Source of the DNA: an uncultured Caldilineaceae bacterium
GTDB taxonomy: Bacteria > Chloroflexota > Anaerolineae > 4572-78 > J111
Direction of reading: 5' to 3'
DNA: 64,000 nucleotides
NCBI GenBank assembly: GCA_964443075.1
Contig: CAYUCB010000001.1
Span: 23,778-87,777, forward strand
Both the position numbers and the translations under genes were made by a program. The notes under the pieces were generated by a model that searched no databases, was not told the origin of the DNA, and worked only from the letters and a program-made list of their open reading frames with translations. Below, in pieces: positions 58,463 through 64,000 of the stretch (its first letter is position 1; each line of letters opens with the position of its first letter).

Positions 58463-59506
58463 ATGGATCCGCAACTTATTCAATACCTGGTAGTGCTGAT
58501 TCAGTCGTTTATTATCGCTACCGTGCTGATGCTGGGGTTTGGCCTGCTGACGGTGGTTGAGCGTAAAACCGTGGCCCGTTTTACCTTACGCTACGGCCCT
58601 AACCGGGTGGGCAAATTCGGCTCGCTGCAAATTCTGGCCGATATGCTGAAGATGTTCTTTAAAGAAGAAATCATCCCCGGCCATGTGGATAAAATTGTGT
58701 ATCTGATGGCTCCCGGTATTGCGTTGGTGCCGGCGCTGCTGGCGATTGCGGTCATTCCCATTGCCCGCGAGCCGGTGGTGCTGCCGTTTGAGGTGTTTGG
58801 GGCGACGATTACCATTTACCCCTGGATTGCTGATGTGAATGTGGGGGTACTCTACTTGCTGGCTGTCGGCAGTTTAGCCACGTACGGAGTTATTTTGGGG
58901 GGCTGGTCAAGCAATAACAAATACTCGTTGTTGGGCGGGCTGCGCACCAGTTCGCAGATGCTCAGTTACGAGCTGCCGTTGGGCGCGGCGATGTTAAGTG
59001 TAATTTTGATGGCCGGCTCATTTCAGTTGACGACTATTGCTGAAATGCAGGGAAAATTGGGCGGGTTGGGCTGGTTTATCTTTGTTCAGCCGATAGCCTT
59101 TCTTATTTTCTTTATCAGCGCTCTGGCCGAATCGGGCCGGGCGCCGTTTGACCTGCCGGAAACCGAAAATGAGTTGATTGGCGGCTTTGCCACCGAGTAT
59201 GGCGGTATGAAGTTTGGCCTCTTCTTTGGGGCGGAATACGTTCACGTCATTATTCTAAGTTGTATTGCCACTGCTCTCTTCTTGGGCGGCTGGCAGGGGC
59301 CGCTGGCAATGCAAATTCCCTTGTTACAGCCGCTTTACTTTGTGCTTAAAGTGGGGGTGATGATTTTTGTGATTATGTGGGTGCGGGCCAGCGTACCCCG
59401 CGTGCGCTTTGATAAGATGATGCGCTTCTGCTGGCGCTTTTTACTGCCGCTGGGGATGATTAACCTGGCGGTAACCGCCTTAGTTTTAGCCGTATTGAAT
59501 TTTTAA
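58463..59506 (+). CDS. nuoH: NADH-quinone oxidoreductase subunit H
   Basis: Typical NuoH TM protein; start MDPQLIQYL. Confidence 0.9.
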   Translation: MDPQLIQYLVVLIQSFIIATVLMLGFGLLTVVERKTVARFTLRYGPNRVGKFGSLQILADMLKMFFKEEIIPGHVDKIVYLMAPGIALVPALLAIAVIPIAREPVVLPFEVFGATITIYPWIADVNVGVLYLLAVGSLATYGVILGGWSSNNKYSLLGGLRTSSQMLSYELPLGAAMLSVILMAGSFQLTTIAEMQGKLGGLGWFIFVQPIAFLIFFISALAESGRAPFDLPETENELIGGFATEYGGMKFGLFFGAEYVHVIILSCIATALFLGGWQGPLAMQIPLLQPLYFVLKVGVMIFVIMWVRASVPRVRFDKMMRFCWRFLLPLGMINLAVTALVLAVLNF

Positions 59507-59600
59507 TAAAGAGACGGGGACGCGAGGAGGCGGTGAGACGAGGAAAATTTTCGCGTCTTCGCATCTTCAAGTACGGTCTGGCCGGATGAAGGATTAAGCT

Positions 59601-60128
59601 ATGATCAACGAAGTTAAAGATGTCTTAACCGGTTCGGTAGAAATTGCGCGGGCCATGGGCGTGACTTTAAAGCATCTGTTCCGCCAGCCGGTCACCAACC
59701 AATTTCCCGATGAGCCGGTGGCGGTTTACCCCCGTTTTCGGGGGCGACATGTGCTGAAACGCTACGAAAACGGCCTGGAGCGCTGCATTGGGTGCTCGCT
59801 GTGCGCGGCAGCTTGTCCCACCGATTGCATCTTTGTGGAAGCCGCCGAAAATACTGACGCTGACCGTCGTTCGCCGGGAGAACGCTACGCCAAAACTTAC
59901 GAAATCAACATGCTGCGCTGTATTTTCTGCGGCTACTGCGCCGAAGCCTGCCCCACCCAGGCCATCGTACTGGAACATGATTTCGCTCTGGCTGAGTACA
60001 ATCGCTGGGATGCGATTTACACTAAAGAACGGCTGCTGCAACCTCACGACCCGCCGCATTTGATTATTCGAGATGACCAGGTATATGTGGAACAACTAAC
60101 CTGGGGAAAAACCAAACGTAAAACGTAA
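59601..60128 (+). CDS. nuoI: NADH-quinone oxidoreductase subunit I
   Basis: Two 'CxxCxxCxxxCP' ferredoxin motifs. Confidence 0.9.
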   Translation: MINEVKDVLTGSVEIARAMGVTLKHLFRQPVTNQFPDEPVAVYPRFRGRHVLKRYENGLERCIGCSLCAAACPTDCIFVEAAENTDADRRSPGERYAKTYEINMLRCIFCGYCAEACPTQAIVLEHDFALAEYNRWDAIYTKERLLQPHDPPHLIIRDDQVYVEQLTWGKTKRKT

Positions 60129-60215
60129 AACGTAAAACGTAAAACGTAAGGGTTGATGGTGTAACATGACTTTCTCTAACCTTCATTACGTTTTACGCAA
60201 TACGTTTTACCTGAT
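60110..60215. repeat. (aacgtaa)x5 tandem heptamer overlapping the nuoI C-terminus, followed by inverted copies (ttacgttttacg...acgttttac) forming a hairpin
   Basis: Direct reading. Confidence 0.6.
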
Positions 60216-60239
60216 TTGCCACATTTTGGGTAAAACGAT

Positions 60240-60788
60240 ATGTTCACACAAATACTCTTTTTTATCGTGGCGGCGATTGCCGTCATTGCGGCCCTGGGGG
60301 TTATTTTTAATAAAAACCTGGTGCACAGCGCCTTGAGTCTGCTGGTTAACTTTGGCTCGTTGGCGGTGCTCTATTTTATGCTCAACGCCCAATTTTTGGG
60401 CATAGTGCAGATTATGGTTTACGCCGGGGCCATTGTGGTGCTCTTTCTCTTTGTGGTGATGCTGTTGGGCGCAGAATTGGGCGAAAAGGTCACCACCTGG
60501 CTGACGACCCGGAACATAATTATGGCGGTTTTAAGCCTGGGCTTGTTGACCATCATTGGCACCGCCGTATTTGAAAATTACACCTATGGAGCCAAAGGCA
60601 CTCTAACCCCGGAGGCCGTGCAGCAGTACGGCCAAACCCAAATGATCGGGGCGGCCCTGTTTACCGATTATATGCTGGCCTTTCAACTGGTGGGGGTGCT
60701 GTTATCGGTGGGGGTTATTGGGGTAGTTTGGTTAGCGCAGCATCACAAGCGCCAAAAAAGCAATGCGGGAGGACAACTCAATGACTGA
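60240..60788 (+). CDS. nuoJ: NADH-quinone oxidoreductase subunit J
   Basis: NuoJ-like TM protein. Confidence 0.85.
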   Translation: MFTQILFFIVAAIAVIAALGVIFNKNLVHSALSLLVNFGSLAVLYFMLNAQFLGIVQIMVYAGAIVVLFLFVVMLLGAELGEKVTTWLTTRNIIMAVLSLGLLTIIGTAVFENYTYGAKGTLTPEAVQQYGQTQMIGAALFTDYMLAFQLVGVLLSVGVIGVVWLAQHHKRQKSNAGGQLND

Positions 60789-61089
60789 AATTCCGATCCA
60801 ATGGTTTCTTTTGTTGGGGGCAATTTTATTTGCGATTGGTGCCGCCGGCGTACTCATTCGCCAGAATGTCATTGTCATCCTCATGTGCGTTGAGATGATG
60901 ATGAATGCGGTTAACCTGACTTTTATCGCCTTTTCCAGTTATCTGGACTCAGCCACCGGGCAGATTTTTGTTTTTATGATTATGGCGGTGGCTGCGGTAG
61001 AAGTGGCTATTGGCTTGGCCTTGCTGGTTGAACTCAGCCGCCACAAAACGGCGGTTAACATAGACCAAATTGACTCGCTTAAAGGATAA
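60781..61089 (+). CDS. nuoK: NADH-quinone oxidoreductase subunit K
   Basis: Start MTEIPIQWF after a 'ggagg' RBS; 3-TM NuoK. Confidence 0.85.
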   Translation: MTEIPIQWFLLLGAILFAIGAAGVLIRQNVIVILMCVEMMMNAVNLTFIAFSSYLDSATGQIFVFMIMAVAAVEVAIGLALLVELSRHKTAVNIDQIDSLKG

Positions 61090-61094
61090 ATCGG

Positions 61095-61152
61095 TAGACG
61101 GTAAGCAGTAGACGGTAGACGGGGATTTTTCCCCGTCTACCGTCTACCATCT
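61095..61152. repeat. (gtagacgg)n repeats forming the hairpin gtagacggtagacgggg-attttt-ccccgtctaccgtctac between nuoK and nuoL
   Basis: Direct reading. Confidence 0.6.
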
Positions 61153-61176
61153 ATCCTCTACCCCTGAGGGTGCTCT

Positions 61177-63186
61177 ATGATTAACTTAATCTGGCTCACC
61201 ATTGCTCTGCCAATTGTGGGGGTACTGATTAACGGCCTGCTGGGCCGCCGCCTGGGTTGGACGGTGGTCAGATGGATTGGGCCGGCGGTGGTTTTGGGTG
61301 CGTTTCTGGTTGGGGTTGGGGCGTTTATAGAGTTAAATAACCTGGGTGAAGAAACGGCGGTTACGGTGCCGTTGTGGACCTGGGCGACCATCGGCACGTT
61401 TAATGTCCCCATCAACCTGCTGGTTGACCCCCTTTCCATGCTCATGGTGTTAGTTGTCACCGGGGTTGGCTTTCTCATTCACGTCTATGCCACCGATTAC
61501 ATGATTCACCGCGATGAGCACGGTCACGCCCACCCCGACCGGGATTACACCCGTTTCTTTACCTTTCTTAACCTCTTTATCGCTTCAATGCTGGTGTTGG
61601 TGCTGGGCGATAATTATTTGATGATGTATGTGGGTTGGGAACTGGTCGGCGTTTGTTCTTACCTGCTCATTGGCTTCTGGTTTGACCGGGGCGACGAACC
61701 CCAGGCCCCGATTGACCTGGGGTCGGGCGTAGAGCCGGTCAAACTCTCGCCGCTGCTTTCTCCGGCGGCCTCCGGGATGAAGGCGTTTATTGTTAACCGG
61801 GTGGGCGACCTGGGTTTTGCTCTGGGCGTTTTTCTCATCTGGAGCACTTTTGGCACGCTGCAATTTTTGGGTGAAAGCGGCGTGTTTGCTCAGGCTCCGC
61901 ACGTGGCCGAAACCTCGCCCAACCTCATCTTCTGGATAACCTTGCTGCTCTTTATCGGGGCGATGGGTAAAAGCGCCCAAATCCCGCTGTATGTCTGGCT
62001 GCCCGATGCTATGGCCGGCCCGACGCCGGTTTCGGCCCTCATCCACGCCGCTACAATGGTTACGGCCGGGGTGTATATGATTGTCCGCAGTAACGCCCTT
62101 TACTCACTTTCTCCTGGCGTATCTATGTTCATCGCTTTTGTCGGCGCGTTTACCGCCCTGTTTGCCGCTACGATGGCCCTGGTGCAAGTTGACCTCAAAC
62201 GAGTGCTGGCCTACTCCACCGTGAGCCAGTTGGGTTATATGTTTATGGCTGCCGGGGTGGGGGCTTACACGGCGGCTATGTTCCACCTGACCACCCACGC
62301 TTTCTTTAAGGCGCTGCTGTTTCTCGCTGCCGGCTCGGTGATGCACGCCATGCATGATGTAATTGATATCCGGCGGATGGGCGGCCTGAAGAACAAGATG
62401 AAAATCACCTGGATAACCTTCTGGATTGGCAGTTTGGCTTTGGCCGGTTTTCCATTGATGTCTGGGTTCTTCTCTAAAGATGAAATTTTAGCCAAATCTT
62501 ATGAAGAATCGGCCATGTTGTGGGTGATAGGTATCATCACCGCCGCTTTAACGGCCTTTTACACCTTCCGAGCCGTTTTCCTCACGTTTCATGGTCAGCC
62601 CCGCGACCAGCACTTATATGACCATGCCCATGAAAATCGTTCCCCCGTCACCTTTGCCCTGATAGTGCTGGCCGGTTTATCCCTTTTGGGCGGGTTGTTG
62701 GGATTACCTACTTTTTTAGGTTTGCCGCACTGGCTAGAGGGTTGGCTGGAGCCGATCTACCCTCCTGTTGAACAGCTTGCCGAACATCACCTATCGCCGA
62801 CGATGGAATTAACCCTGCTTTTCATCTCGGCGGTTATCTCTGTGGCAGGTATAACCCTGGCTTACTACTTCTATATGGTTCGACCCTCCATTCCCCAAAA
62901 CCTGGCTCGTCGAAATCGTACTGTCTTTAAATGGCTGGCTAATAAATATTACGTGGATGAACTTTACAACGCTGTGTTTGTCCAGCCTGGCCTCAAACTG
63001 GCTCATGGCCTGTTTGGGGGCATTGATAAAGCCGTGATTGACAACATTCTAGTAGATGGCACGGCCCGGCTGTTTGGCTGGTTGGGAGAGCAATTGAGCT
63101 GGTTACAAAGCGGCTATTTGCGCCACTATGCCCTGGCCACGTTTATCGGGGTGTTGGTGGTGGTAAGCTATTTCTTCTTACGCTAA
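61177..63186 (+). CDS. nuoL: NADH-quinone oxidoreductase subunit L
   Basis: Large antiporter-like subunit; 669 aa. Confidence 0.9.
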   Translation: MINLIWLTIALPIVGVLINGLLGRRLGWTVVRWIGPAVVLGAFLVGVGAFIELNNLGEETAVTVPLWTWATIGTFNVPINLLVDPLSMLMVLVVTGVGFLIHVYATDYMIHRDEHGHAHPDRDYTRFFTFLNLFIASMLVLVLGDNYLMMYVGWELVGVCSYLLIGFWFDRGDEPQAPIDLGSGVEPVKLSPLLSPAASGMKAFIVNRVGDLGFALGVFLIWSTFGTLQFLGESGVFAQAPHVAETSPNLIFWITLLLFIGAMGKSAQIPLYVWLPDAMAGPTPVSALIHAATMVTAGVYMIVRSNALYSLSPGVSMFIAFVGAFTALFAATMALVQVDLKRVLAYSTVSQLGYMFMAAGVGAYTAAMFHLTTHAFFKALLFLAAGSVMHAMHDVIDIRRMGGLKNKMKITWITFWIGSLALAGFPLMSGFFSKDEILAKSYEESAMLWVIGIITAALTAFYTFRAVFLTFHGQPRDQHLYDHAHENRSPVTFALIVLAGLSLLGGLLGLPTFLGLPHWLEGWLEPIYPPVEQLAEHHLSPTMELTLLFISAVISVAGITLAYYFYMVRPSIPQNLARRNRTVFKWLANKYYVDELYNAVFVQPGLKLAHGLFGGIDKAVIDNILVDGTARLFGWLGEQLSWLQSGYLRHYALATFIGVLVVVSYFFLR

Positions 63187-63198
63187 AGAACGTTTGAT

Positions 63199-63459
63199 AT
63201 GCCTGGGGTTAGCCGCTTTTTTGGTATTGTGATTGCGATGTTTTATGATGACCATTGGCCGGCCCATTTTCATGTTAAATATGCCGAGCATAGAGCAAAA
63301 ATTACAATTGACACGCTGGAAATTGAAGAAGGCTATCTTCCCCGTCGAGCTTTGGCGTTGGTTTTGGAGTGGGCAGCGTTACACCGGGCTGAACTTAGAG
63401 ATAATTGGGAAAGAGCGCGCCAGGGTTTACCCTTAAACGATATTGAGCCGTTAGACTGA
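63199..63459 (+). CDS. DUF4160-family small protein
   Basis: 'FFGIVIAMFYDDHWPAHFHV.Y' pattern typical of DUF4160. Confidence 0.55.
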   Translation: MPGVSRFFGIVIAMFYDDHWPAHFHVKYAEHRAKITIDTLEIEEGYLPRRALALVLEWAALHRAELRDNWERARQGLPLNDIEPLD

Positions 63460-63467
63460 GTAGGTGT

Positions 63468-63749
63468 ATGATGATTCTTGTTCATTCGGTTAAGGTGTTA
63501 GACAAATTTAATGTTCAATTAGGGTTTAACGATAATACCGAAAAAATAATTAATCTTGAACCGTTACTTCGTGGACCTATCTTTGAACCAATTCGTTCAA
63601 ACCCGGAAATATTTCGTTTAATTCAGGTTGACGAAGAACTTGGCACAATTATCTGGCCTAACGGCGCGGATATTGATCCAGATGTGCTTTACGGAACTCA
63701 TCTTCCTGCCTGGATGGAAGAATCCGAAGTATTTGTGATTACGGCATAA
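63468..63749 (+). CDS. DUF2442-family small protein
   Basis: Small protein paired with DUF4160, a common two-gene cassette. Confidence 0.5.
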   Translation: MMILVHSVKVLDKFNVQLGFNDNTEKIINLEPLLRGPIFEPIRSNPEIFRLIQVDEELGTIIWPNGADIDPDVLYGTHLPAWMEESEVFVITA

Positions 63750-63788
63750 AATAAACATGGTGATTATTCAACATCATCGGAGTGTTAG

Positions 63789-64000
63789 ATGACCCTCACA
63801 CTTTTAATTCTTATCCCTGTTATCGGCGCGGTGTTGGTAGCCCTGCTGCCGCGCGAGCGCCAGGATTGGGTGCGTTGGGCAGCGTTGGCTGCGGCTCTGG
63901 TTAATTTGGCGGTGTCGCTGCCGCTCTACTTTAATTTTGTGGCCGGCGCGCCGGGCTACCAGTTTGAGCAGACCGCCGCCTGGATTCCCTCACTCAATAT
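63789..64000 (+). CDS. nuoM: NADH-quinone oxidoreductase subunit M (5' part; continues beyond the window)
   Basis: 'MTLTLLILIPVIGAVLVALLPRE' NuoM N-terminus. Confidence 0.8.
   Translation, partial: MTLTLLILIPVIGAVLVALLPRERQDWVRWAALAAALVNLAVSLPLYFNFVAGAPGYQFEQTAAWIPSLN

Overview
This is a roughly 58% GC bacterial chromosomal segment. The Gram-positive-type replication genes (DnaB helicase, a DnaD-like gene, a DnaI/DnaC-like loader), the T-box leader on serS, the DUF11/YVTN surface protein and the FtsX/DevC-type permeases suggest a Chloroflexota-like organism; this is inference only. Left to right the window holds: two tandem MacB/DevC-like FtsX ABC permeases; a compact minus-strand block (rhodanese, MoeB/ThiF E1-like, two paralogous STAND/Arch_ATPase-like P-loop NTPases, a bitopic membrane protein, a JAMM/MPN metalloprotease, a tandem-duplicated DnaC/IstB-like ATPase, DnaD-like, DnaB); a bifunctional-nuclease-domain gene; a RelE/YafQ-type toxin-antitoxin pair; a sulfur-relay/oxidation cluster (HTH regulator, SQR-like flavoprotein, DUF1641, TusE/DsrC, DsrE-like); a YefM/YoeB toxin-antitoxin pair; a tRNA-Leu/Glu/His cluster; an AT-rich PARIS/AbiL-like ATPase + DUF4435 pair; a giant glycoside-hydrolase-like/O-antigen-ligase-like membrane protein; an XRE-like protein and orphan histidine kinase; two tRNA-Ser genes; an SPFH protein; serS with a T-box leader; site-2 protease, HD-domain protein, prephenate dehydrogenase, GIY-YIG nuclease, GT4 glycosyltransferase, S8 subtilase, a 1383-aa DUF11/YVTN surface protein and an M1 peptidase; and a Complex I (nuoA-B-CD-E-F-G-H-I-J-K-L-M) operon interrupted at three junctions by selfish or defence-like genes (toxin-antitoxin remnant + HNH, GmrSD-like DUF262/DUF1524, DUF4160/DUF2442). 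Short oligomer repeat families and long hairpins are scattered across the intergenic regions. The E1/JAMM/ATPase block, the riddled nuo operon and the PARIS-like island are the most interesting parts. No CRISPR array or rRNA was seen.
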